DNA of 15,316 nt from a bacterium (GCA_046757165.1 JBHHXT010000109.1:1-15316); one strand, 5' to 3'; shown: positions 7,328-15,268, counted from the stretch's first letter. A program made the numbers and translations. Notes: generated by a model not told the origin, from the sequence alone.

Positions 7328-8281
7328 TTACGGATTGGGCCAACTACTCCAGACTGCATGCATCCCCGCCTTGTCAATGGGCATTGGAGACTGACGCGGT
7401 CCCGCATAAACCGGATTCATCACCGCGTCAGGCGGAGGCCCAAAGTGACCGATTTCCAGGGAGTGCCCGTTTTCATGCAACCCGACGGTTTCGACGTCAA
7501 TACCGGGTAACTGAATATCGATGCCCCAGGGATTGCCCGCACGATCATCGCCGGGATCGCCGAAGGTGTCGTTGTAATAGACTTCGTTGAGGGCGGTGTC
7601 GATATAATTGTCCCCGTTAATATCGGTAGGCGAACCGTCAGGATTGACGAAGATGAAGGTCACTGAAAAGGCCAAGATGCCGCGCCCGCCACCCGGGCCG
7701 CCAACGGCCTCAAAAAAGGCACGCGGTAGCCAGCCGGCATTGACAATATCCGCGGCAAAGGGATTTCCAGATCCTCCAAATCCAAAGAAGGCATCAAAGA
7801 TGGTAACATCGGTTAAGGGATCGGTTCGCTTGACAATCTCGACTTTGCGCAACGCCTTTTCGTCATTCCATGTCGTCATCGCTCGATCAAGTGCGGCCTC
7901 GGTTTGCGCATTGGACAGGCCGCTTGCCGTAGCGCCGGCACTTTGGTCGACAATGTAGGTGATATCGATGCCCTGTGCAAACCTGCGGGGATCATTCGGC
8001 ACCCAGCGGAAGGGCTGCTGATGAATTCTATTGCTCGGCCTCCCGTTGCCAATACTGAAAAACTCAATGGACTCCACAGCCATGTTCAGACCTTGCGCTG
8101 CAAGTTGCTCATTGATTTGGTCCATCATCGCCAAAACGGCTGGATCACCTGAGCCCTGGCCAAACGTGGTGACGACCTCTGGTGCCGGGCCCGGTTGTGG
8201 CGCTGTTGGCTCTTCCTTGCCACAAGAAAACAACCCGCAGATGACCAGCAGTGGAACGATGAAAAAGAAAGTCCTCTTCAT
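7328..8281 (-). CDS. Lipoprotein zinc metallopeptidase, metzincin clan (matrixin/M10-like)
   Basis: SD AAGGAGG 8 nt upstream. Lipoprotein signal ending LFS-C20. Zinc motif HENGHSLEIGH (HExxHxxxxxH, 7445-7477) and Met-turn AVMNP. Upstream ILAFS and DVETVGLHE resemble the matrixin catalytic domain. Confidence 0.85.
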   Translation of the reverse strand: MKRTFFFIVPLLVICGLFSCGKEEPTAPQPGPAPEVVTTFGQGSGDPAVLAMMDQINEQLAAQGLNMAVESIEFFSIGNGRPSNRIHQQPFRWVPNDPRRFAQGIDITYIVDQSAGATASGLSNAQTEAALDRAMTTWNDEKALRKVEIVKRTDPLTDVTIFDAFFGFGGSGNPFAADIVNAGWLPRAFFEAVGGPGGGRGILAFSVTFIFVNPDGSPTDINGDNYIDTALNEVYYNDTFGDPGDDRAGNPWGIDIQLPGIDVETVGLHENGHSLEIGHFGPPPDAVMNPVYAGPRQSPMPIDKAGMHAVWSSWPNP

Positions 8282-8303
8282 GACACTTGCCTCCTTCTCT
8301 TAC

Positions 8304-8331
8304 GAGAATAGTGAAAGGTGAAAGGTTAATG
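8304..8331. repeat. Degenerate heptamer tandem repeat in the peptidase leader
   Basis: GAGAATA GTGAAAG GTGAAAG GTTAATG. Confidence 0.5.
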
Positions 8332-8367
8332 GTTGTTTGATGAATAGGTTGAGTAGCGCTCTCGCAA
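8326..8367 (-). CDS. Putative 13-aa leader peptide (MRERYSTYSSNNH)
   Basis: Perfect SD AAGGAGGTGA (8385-8376), 8 nt before TTG at 8367. TAA at 8328-8326, 44 nt upstream of the peptidase ATG. Confidence 0.4.
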   Translation of the reverse strand: MRERYSTYSSNNH

Positions 8368-8584
8368 GTAAATTCTCACCTCCTTGAACTTGCGTGACGT
8401 TAGTTGGGGCTGTGTGCTGCTTCGCGAAGAGGTGCTCGATGTCGACCGATTTTGGTTGGAGACTATCTCAGGTGCATTTACCTGCACGAATAATAGAAAA
8501 CTTTTGGCTAAAGGCAACAGGAATGATGACAGAACCCCAGATGTTACAATTATTTCTTTTCTTCCACTGCGCGAGAGATTTTTC

Positions 8585-8613
8585 TTGACTTCATCAGCCG
8601 ATTTGAATAATTT
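8585..8613 (+). promoter_or_regulatory. Candidate sigma70-type promoter for the kinase-cyclase operon
   Basis: TTGACT-N17-TAATTT in an AT-rich tract about 145 nt upstream of the kinase ATG, overlapped by TTTGAATA direct repeats. Confidence 0.35.
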
Positions 8614-8758
8614 TGAATATTCATCCCCATTTCAAACAATCTTCTTCGACTCTTGCAGGTCAGCGTCCCGGGTTGACCCTTTTCGGCTCAAGACTGTAGA
8701 AAAATGGGGTTTGGTGTCTGGAAGGAGTGACAGGACTTTGAATATCTACGAGGTACCC

Positions 8759-10987
8759 ATGATCGGCGAAACCATCGCCCACTACAAGATCCTTGAAAAG
8801 CTCGGGGAAGGCGGCATGGGCATCGTTTACAAAGCCGAGGACACCCGGCTCGAGCGCACAGTTGCCCTGAAGTTCCTGCCGGCCCGCCTGACTCGGGATG
8901 AGGGTGCCAGGAGGCGGTTCATCAGTGAAGCGCGGGCGGCCTCTGCACTCGAACATCCTGTTATCTGCAACATTCACTCAATTGAAGAAACCGAGACCGG
9001 CGAGACCTTCATCTGCATGGCTCATTGTGAGGGGCTCACCCTGAAAGAAAGAATAAAGAACGGCCCGCTGCCGGTCGCGGAGGCCGTCGACATTGCCATC
9101 CAGATCGCGCAGGGTTTGGGAACGACGCACGACCAGGGCATTGTGCATCGTGATATCAAACCGGCCAATATCATCGTCGCCAATACAGGCGCGGTCAAGA
9201 TTGTTGATTTTGGCCTGGCAAAACTCATGGGGCAGCAGCTCACCAAACCTGGCGCGACCATGGGGACCACGGCCTATTTGTGCTTTGAACAAGCCCAAGG
9301 TAAGGCGGCCGGGCCGCATTCGGATATCTGGTCGCTAGGCGTGGTCCTGTACGAAATGGTGACCGGACAACTGCCTTTCAAGGGAGAGCACGAACAGGTC
9401 GTTCTCTATTCGATTTTGAATGAGCAGCCCGAGCCGCTGGCAACACTGCGGCCCGAGGCTCCGGCGGAATTGCAGCAGATTGTCAACCGGTGTCTTACAA
9501 AAGAAGCGAGCCGCCGCTATGAGCAGATGCACGAGCTCCTGGCCGATTTGAGTCTGCTCACCAATTCGTCCGCGCCAAAGACGGCTGCGACCAAACCCCG
9601 CGCACCCCTTGCCATTGCCATCCTGCCCTTTGTCAACCTCAGCCCGCAACGGAAACAGGAGTATTTTTGCGATGGTATGACCGATGAAGTCATGGATGCT
9701 CTGGCAAAGGTCAAAGGATGGCGGGTCCTTTCGAGGACCTCGGCGTTTGCCTTCAAAGGCAAAAAGGTGGACATCAGAGAGGTCGGCAGAAAACTTAGCG
9801 TGAGCCACATCCTGGAAGGAAGCGTGCGCAAGGCCGGCAAGCGATTGCGCATCACCGTGCAACTGAGCACGGTGAGGGATGGATTTCAGCTCTGGTCGGA
9901 AAAATACGATCGCGAACTGGGAGACGTATTCTCGATTCAGGAAGACATTGCTCAAACCATTGTTGATAAGCTGAAAGTCGAGCTCGCGAAACCCCGGGGC
10001 ACGCCCCTGGTCAAGCGGTACACGAAGAATCTCGAAGCTTACCATCTGTACTTGAAATGTCGCTATCATATGAACCGGCGGTCGGAGGAGGGGCTGAGAC
10101 AGGGCAAGAAGTATTGCGAGCAGGCGATTGCCAAAGATCCGGATTACGCTCTGGCTTTTGCCGGACTGGCTGACTGCCTGATCTTGCTCGGATTTCAGGG
10201 GTTCCTCTCCCCACAGCAAGCGATGCCCAAAGCCCGGGCAGCCGCAAAAAGGGCCGTAGATATCGACGACTCGCTGGCCGAAGCCCATACCTCACTCGCT
10301 TGCGTCAAGGCAGCCTACGACTGGGATTGGACCGGCTCGGAAAAAGAGTTCAGACGCGCCCTCGAGCTCAAGCCAAACTCTGCAACCGCACACCACTGGT
10401 ATGCTATCTGGTATCTGTTGCCCAGGGCAGAATTTCGTAAGTGTTTGGCTGAATTGAGAAAGGCCCAGGAGCTCGATCCGCTTTCACTCATCCTGAACAC
10501 CGGGTTAGGCTGGCGATTGTACTTCACACAACATTTTGACCCGGCGATCGCGGAGCTGAAAAAGACGATTGAGATGGATGATGGGTTCGTGGTGGCACAC
10601 GACCTGCTCGGGCAGTGCTACCTGCAAAAAGGCCTGGTCAAACAGGCCCTTGCAGCGGTTCAGAAGGCCGTGGCCTTGTCCAGCAGTCGCCCGCTCAGCC
10701 TGGGCACCCTGGGACATGCCTACGCCATTGCTGGAAATAAGAATGACGCCATCAAGGTGCTCCATAAACTCGAGAAGCTCTCGCGGCAAAAGTACATTTC
10801 TGCTTATGACATCGCCCTTATTTACACGGGTCTAAACGACCAGGACCTGGCGTTCAAGTGGCTCGAGAAGGCAGGTGAGGAACGCACGGGTTGGCTCTGC
10901 TTTCTGAATATCGAACCAAGATTCGCAGGTCTCCGGTCAGACCCGAGATTCGATACGCTGATACGAAAAGTAGGCCTGCACAATTGA
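8759..10987 (+). CDS. Cytoplasmic Hanks-type Ser/Thr protein kinase with TolB-N-like domain and TPR repeats (742 aa)
   Basis: ATG 8759 after GAGG. MIGETIAHYKILEKLGEGGMGIVYKA, VALKFL, HRDIKPANI, DFGLAK, SDIWSLGVVLYEM. Then IAILPFVNLS...YFCDGMTDE...SRTSAF...LEGSVRK...WSEKYDR (TolB-N-like) and TPR-like repeats. No TM segment seen. Confidence 0.92.
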   Translation: MIGETIAHYKILEKLGEGGMGIVYKAEDTRLERTVALKFLPARLTRDEGARRRFISEARAASALEHPVICNIHSIEETETGETFICMAHCEGLTLKERIKNGPLPVAEAVDIAIQIAQGLGTTHDQGIVHRDIKPANIIVANTGAVKIVDFGLAKLMGQQLTKPGATMGTTAYLCFEQAQGKAAGPHSDIWSLGVVLYEMVTGQLPFKGEHEQVVLYSILNEQPEPLATLRPEAPAELQQIVNRCLTKEASRRYEQMHELLADLSLLTNSSAPKTAATKPRAPLAIAILPFVNLSPQRKQEYFCDGMTDEVMDALAKVKGWRVLSRTSAFAFKGKKVDIREVGRKLSVSHILEGSVRKAGKRLRITVQLSTVRDGFQLWSEKYDRELGDVFSIQEDIAQTIVDKLKVELAKPRGTPLVKRYTKNLEAYHLYLKCRYHMNRRSEEGLRQGKKYCEQAIAKDPDYALAFAGLADCLILLGFQGFLSPQQAMPKARAAAKRAVDIDDSLAEAHTSLACVKAAYDWDWTGSEKEFRRALELKPNSATAHHWYAIWYLLPRAEFRKCLAELRKAQELDPLSLILNTGLGWRLYFTQHFDPAIAELKKTIEMDDGFVVAHDLLGQCYLQKGLVKQALAAVQKAVALSSSRPLSLGTLGHAYAIAGNKNDAIKVLHKLEKLSRQKYISAYDIALIYTGLNDQDLAFKWLEKAGEERTGWLCFLNIEPRFAGLRSDPRFDTLIRKVGLHN

Positions 10988-10991
10988 TCCG

Positions 10992-13900
10992 ATGTCCCCT
11001 CTTGTCGACTTACTTGCCACTTATGTCCCCTCCGTAGTGGTTCGTCATTACCTCGAGAACCCGTCTGTCATTACCGCCCCTTATGCTCACAAGTTTTCGG
11101 CTGCGGTCTTACTCGCTGACATCTCGGGATTTACGCCGCTCACTGAACGGTTGGCCCAACGAGGTCCTGCCGGCGTCGAAGAGCTCTCGCGTGTGCTCAA
11201 TACTTATTTTGGCGATCTCATCGCCATGATCGCACATCATGGCGGGGAGGTTGTCCATTTTTTCGGCGATGCCCCGCTGGTCCTGTGGCCGGTACAAGAC
11301 AAAGACCTCGATGATGTCAGCCGGCGCGCCCTTCGATGCGCCTTCGAGTTGCTGGAGAGATTCAACGATCAACAGGTTTCGGATGACTGCCGCCTCTGTC
11401 TCAAAATCGGCGCAGGTGCTGGCGAGGTGCTGGCCAGCCACGTCGGCGGCATGGATGGAAGATGGCATTTCTTGCTCTCGGGCGGGCCGCTCATGCAGGT
11501 GAGCGCTGCCGAGTCGAGAGCTCAGCCGGGCGAGATCATTCTTTCCCCGCAGACGTGGTCCCTGGTGAAAGAACACGCTGAAGGGGAACCGTTGCCGGAC
11601 GGATACATGCGCTTGCAAACGCCGGGCGCACCGGGCATGATTCTGGCCTTGCCCCCGCTTGCTGTCAACCCGCGGGCGGAGACGGCGTTACGGGCGTATG
11701 TCCCGGAAGTGGTCATCGCCCGACTCGAGGCAGGGCAAGCAGAATGGTTGAGCGAGCTTCGCCAGGTGACCGTGCTCTTTGTTCGTGTGATGGGCCCGGG
11801 GGACTGCTCATCCTCCCCGGACCTGGACCAGGTGCAGAAGATGGTCTGCACGATTCGGACGGAATTGCGTCGCTACAAGGGCACCCTGTTGCAGAGCAGA
11901 ATGGAAGCCGGCGGCACCACATTTATCGCAGCGTTTGGACTTCCGCCGTTTCCCCACGACCGGGTTGCTGTTCGGGGGGTTGAGGCAGCGTTGCAAATCA
12001 CGGAGAAACTACAAAAATCGGACTCGAGCTGCGCGGTGGGCGTGACAACCGGCAGAGCGTTCTGCGGGCCCATCGGCAATGCCCGACGTCGCGAATACGC
12101 CCTGCATGGAGACGTCGTCAACCTGGCGGCCCGTTTGATGCAAGCGGGTGCAGATTTGAGCGCTGCTCATGCGAACCCCGTTTACTGTGATGCTGTCACC
12201 TGCGAGGCGGTCGGTTCGCATGTGCCGTTTGACCGGTTGCCGCCATTCGTTTTGAAAGGCAAAGAGCATCCGGTCGCTGTTTACCGCCCTTTTGAGCTGC
12301 AAAAGCTGAATGGTAACGGCTCCATCACTATCGGACGCAAACACGAGATCGAGAGACTGACTCGCTGCCTGCAGGCGCTGCGCAAAGGGAACGGGCAGAC
12401 GCTCCTGCTGGAAGGCGAGCCCGGAATCGGCAAGTCGAAACTGGTTGAAGAGTTGAGACGGCTGGCGCAGCGCATGGAAATCACCACGCTCGTTGGGGCG
12501 GCCAGCGCCATCGAAAGCGCCACGCCCTGGTACACCTGGCGGGCGGTATTCTGTAAGATGTTTGGGCTGAACGGATCGACTGCTCCTGAATCCCGCCGTG
12601 ATCGTGTGCTGCAACACCTGCAAGAGCAGCACTCCGTGGATCTCGCGCCCCTTGTCAATCCGGTGCTTGGGCTGGACCTACCCGAGAATGACCGCACCGC
12701 GCAAATGACCGGTGAAGTGCGGGCGGAGAATACCTTCGACCTGCTGTTGACGCTGGTGCAGAAGCAAGCATCGGCGTCACCGCTGCTGCTCATTCTTGAA
12801 GATGCCCACTGGATGGATACGGCTTCCTGGGAATTAGCGCTGCGAATCTTTCGGCAAGTGCACCCGATTGCGCTGGTCATCGTGACCCGGCCGCTGCCTG
12901 ACCCCATTCCTGCTGCTTATGTCGAGCTCACCACTGCCTCCGGCGTGGAAAGGTTGAACCTGGAGACGTTGATGCCGGATGAGTCCCGGCGGCTGGTGCG
13001 CAGTCGTCTCGGCCTCAATCGCGTGGCGTCAACCATTTGTGAGTTCATTTACCGCCGGGCCGAGGGCAATCCCTTTTTTATCGAAGAGCTCACCTCCGCG
13101 CTTCTCGACGCGGACCTGATCGTTGTCGCAAATGGCGAGTGCACCCCTGCTCCCGGCACGGAAGACCTCAGCGTTCTCCATTTCCCGGACACCATCCAGG
13201 GAGTCATCACCAACCGCATCGACCAGCTCACGCCGGCACAGCAGTTGACCATCAAAGTCGCCAGTGTCATCGGGCGCGTCTTCCCATACCGTGTTTTGTA
13301 CGACAACCATCCTGTCGAAAAAGACAAAACCAGCCTTCAGAATTACCTGCGAACGTTTGACCGGTTGGCCCTGACGACGCTCGAATCGCCGGAGCCCAAC
13401 CTCGCTTACATATTCAAACACATCATCACGCAGCAAGTTGCCTACAACCTGCTGCTTTACTCGCAGCGGCAGCAGCTCCACCAGGCCATCGCCGAATGGT
13501 ACGAACGCGCTCATGCCGCCGACCTGGCGCCTTACTATCCTCTGCTGGCGCACCACTGGAAAGAGGCCGCCGAAGCGGAAGATGCCGCGCCCGAAATCGT
13601 GCACAAGGCCATCGAGTTTCTGGAGAAAGCGGGCGAACAAGCGCTGCACAACTTTGCCAACAGAGAAGCGATCACGTTTATCAACGAAGCTTTGCGATTG
13701 AATGCGCGCCGGGACCGGAAGGAATACGGATTGCGACGGGGTCGGTGGCACAGGCAATTGTGCGAGGCGCATTATCGCGTGGGGGAGCATACGAAATGCC
13801 AAATGCACGGTCACCGGGCGCTGGCACTGCTGGACCGAAAAATGCCCGCCAGCCGTGCGGGCGTGCTCGCAAGCCTCGCTGGTCAAATCATACGACAGGT

Positions 13901-15119
13901 GATGCACCGGTTTTGTCCGGAAAGAATGTTGATACGCAGGTCTGCCGCAAGTGAGCCTCTTCGCGAGGCCGCCACCGCCTATGTCTATTTGGGCTGGAGT
14001 TATGGTTTTGGAGGCGACCCGCTGCGCCTCGCGTACTCGGCATTTCGACCTCTAAATCTGCTGGAGACGATTCCGTGTTTGACAGATTTAGCATATTTCA
14101 GAATTGTAGCCGGCTACATATTTGGCTTCGCAAAATTGCACGGCCTGGCGGACACCTATTTTGGCCTGGCCGACAAAACGATGAGCGCTCTGGGACGGCA
14201 GGGAATGCCCGCGCTCAACTTGTTACTCGAGGCCGTCTATCAGACTGGCATCGGTCTCTGGGCGGTTTCGGAAAAACAACTCCGCCAGGCCACTGAGTTG
14301 AACAGAACCATGGGCGATAAGCGAATGTGGGAACAGTCGAGCGGGTGCCTGGCCAACCTCACCTACTACCGGGGCGACTTTGCACAAACGTTGCAGCTTT
14401 GGAGCTCTGTCCTGGCCTCTGCCCGCCGCCGCGGCGATCCCCTTGCCCAGTCGTGGGCCTTGACCTGGCATGGTGAGATCCGGCTACGCCACGGTGGCCC
14501 GGGTCATGCGCAGGAAGCCATCTCGAAAGCAAAGGCTGGCGCCGACCTGCTGGCCAAAAGCCCTGCTCAGCAGGACATCGCGCAGGCATACGCCGTGCTG
14601 GCCACGGCGTATCTCCGGCAAGGCGATAACACGCTTGCGCGCGAAGCCGCCGACCGGGCCGGGCAACATCTCCTTCACGAAGCGCCCACCGCACATTATC
14701 TTCTGATCGCGTTTGCCGGGCTGGCGGAAGTGTATCTGAGTTTGTGGGCAGCGGCTCAGAATCGACGCCAGGTGGAGCACAAGCAGTTGCAAAAACTCGC
14801 CTGCCGGGCCTGCAAAGCGCTGGCCAAGTACGCAAACATCTTTCCCATCGGCAAGCCGCGCGCCTGGCTCTGGCAGGGCGTTTATGACTGGCAGGCCGGA
14901 AAGGCAAAGAAGGCGCGCAAATCCTGGCAAAAGAGCCTGTCCGCCGCGGAACGGCTCGGCATGCCGTACGAGCAGGGCCTGGCGCACTTTGAAATCGGGC
15001 GGCATCTGGATGCAGGAGATGTGGCACGAGATGGTCATCTCGACCGGGCTTGTGAAATCTTTCAACGGCTGGAGGTGGGCCACGACCTGGCACGCGCTCA
15101 GACGGTTTTTTCTGCATGA
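10992..15119 (+). CDS. Soluble adenylyl cyclase (sAC/ADCY10)-like protein: tandem class III cyclase domains, STAND-type P-loop NTPase, TPR-like repeats
   Basis: C1: ADISGFT (D43) and FFGDA (D93). C2: ELRQVTVLF, AAFGLPP, GVTTG, RREYALHGDVVNLAARLM, LKGK. NTPase: IGRKHE, Walker A GEPGIGKS (from 12414), Walker B LLLILEDAHW, EGNPFFIEEL, RIDQL, ASVIGR, YIFKH. Helical C-terminal repeats. Starts 4 nt after the kinase stop. Confidence 0.9.
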   Translation: MSPLVDLLATYVPSVVVRHYLENPSVITAPYAHKFSAAVLLADISGFTPLTERLAQRGPAGVEELSRVLNTYFGDLIAMIAHHGGEVVHFFGDAPLVLWPVQDKDLDDVSRRALRCAFELLERFNDQQVSDDCRLCLKIGAGAGEVLASHVGGMDGRWHFLLSGGPLMQVSAAESRAQPGEIILSPQTWSLVKEHAEGEPLPDGYMRLQTPGAPGMILALPPLAVNPRAETALRAYVPEVVIARLEAGQAEWLSELRQVTVLFVRVMGPGDCSSSPDLDQVQKMVCTIRTELRRYKGTLLQSRMEAGGTTFIAAFGLPPFPHDRVAVRGVEAALQITEKLQKSDSSCAVGVTTGRAFCGPIGNARRREYALHGDVVNLAARLMQAGADLSAAHANPVYCDAVTCEAVGSHVPFDRLPPFVLKGKEHPVAVYRPFELQKLNGNGSITIGRKHEIERLTRCLQALRKGNGQTLLLEGEPGIGKSKLVEELRRLAQRMEITTLVGAASAIESATPWYTWRAVFCKMFGLNGSTAPESRRDRVLQHLQEQHSVDLAPLVNPVLGLDLPENDRTAQMTGEVRAENTFDLLLTLVQKQASASPLLLILEDAHWMDTASWELALRIFRQVHPIALVIVTRPLPDPIPAAYVELTTASGVERLNLETLMPDESRRLVRSRLGLNRVASTICEFIYRRAEGNPFFIEELTSALLDADLIVVANGECTPAPGTEDLSVLHFPDTIQGVITNRIDQLTPAQQLTIKVASVIGRVFPYRVLYDNHPVEKDKTSLQNYLRTFDRLALTTLESPEPNLAYIFKHIITQQVAYNLLLYSQRQQLHQAIAEWYERAHAADLAPYYPLLAHHWKEAAEAEDAAPEIVHKAIEFLEKAGEQALHNFANREAITFINEALRLNARRDRKEYGLRRGRWHRQLCEAHYRVGEHTKCQMHGHRALALLDRKMPASRAGVLASLAGQIIRQVMHRFCPERMLIRRSAASEPLREAATAYVYLGWSYGFGGDPLRLAYSAFRPLNLLETIPCLTDLAYFRIVAGYIFGFAKLHGLADTYFGLADKTMSALGRQGMPALNLLLEAVYQTGIGLWAVSEKQLRQATELNRTMGDKRMWEQSSGCLANLTYYRGDFAQTLQLWSSVLASARRRGDPLAQSWALTWHGEIRLRHGGPGHAQEAISKAKAGADLLAKSPAQQDIAQAYAVLATAYLRQGDNTLAREAADRAGQHLLHEAPTAHYLLIAFAGLAEVYLSLWAAAQNRRQVEHKQLQKLACRACKALAKYANIFPIGKPRAWLWQGVYDWQAGKAKKARKSWQKSLSAAERLGMPYEQGLAHFEIGRHLDAGDVARDGHLDRACEIFQRLEVGHDLARAQTVFSA

Positions 15120-15242
15120 TTGGCACGACTTTCAATGTCGGGCCATTGTTGTTCGTCACATTGAGCTCTTCTCCCGTCTGCTCAACGTGGCGAAAGTACT
15201 CGAGCATCTTAGCCTGAGCACATCTTTTGAAACGATTTTCAT
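15100..15242 (-). pseudogene. Frameshifted, truncated Phd/YefM-like type II antitoxin
   Basis: SD GAGGTG then ATG at 15242 gives MKIVSKDVL. One base is missing at about 15215 (CTC AG GCT), then AKMLEYFRHVEQTGEELNVTNNNGPTLKVVPI in the next frame, matching the Phd/YefM N-terminal fold pattern. The left boundary is approximate; no toxin gene follows. Confidence 0.7.
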
Positions 15243-15268
15243 CACGACACCTCATAAGCTAGGACTAA

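Noticed and set aside
8384..8758. 125-codon N-terminal extension of the kinase in the ORF track
   Set aside because: AT-rich, promoter-like DNA with no SD at 8384. ATG 8759 has an SD and gives the family-typical MIGETIAHY start.
1123..15083. Long antisense ORFs (e.g. 1860-2870, 3352-3978, 9335-10288, 13029-13907)
   Set aside because: Shadow frames of well-supported genes in moderately GC-rich DNA, with no recognisable motifs.
15121..15136. TGGCACG as a sigma54 -24 box
   Set aside because: No GC at the -12 position, and it lies within the antitoxin remnant.
14359..15255. 298-aa minus-strand ORF as a real protein
   Set aside because: Only about 35 codons resemble an antitoxin; the rest is antisense of the cyclase. 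Treated as a pseudogene fragment.
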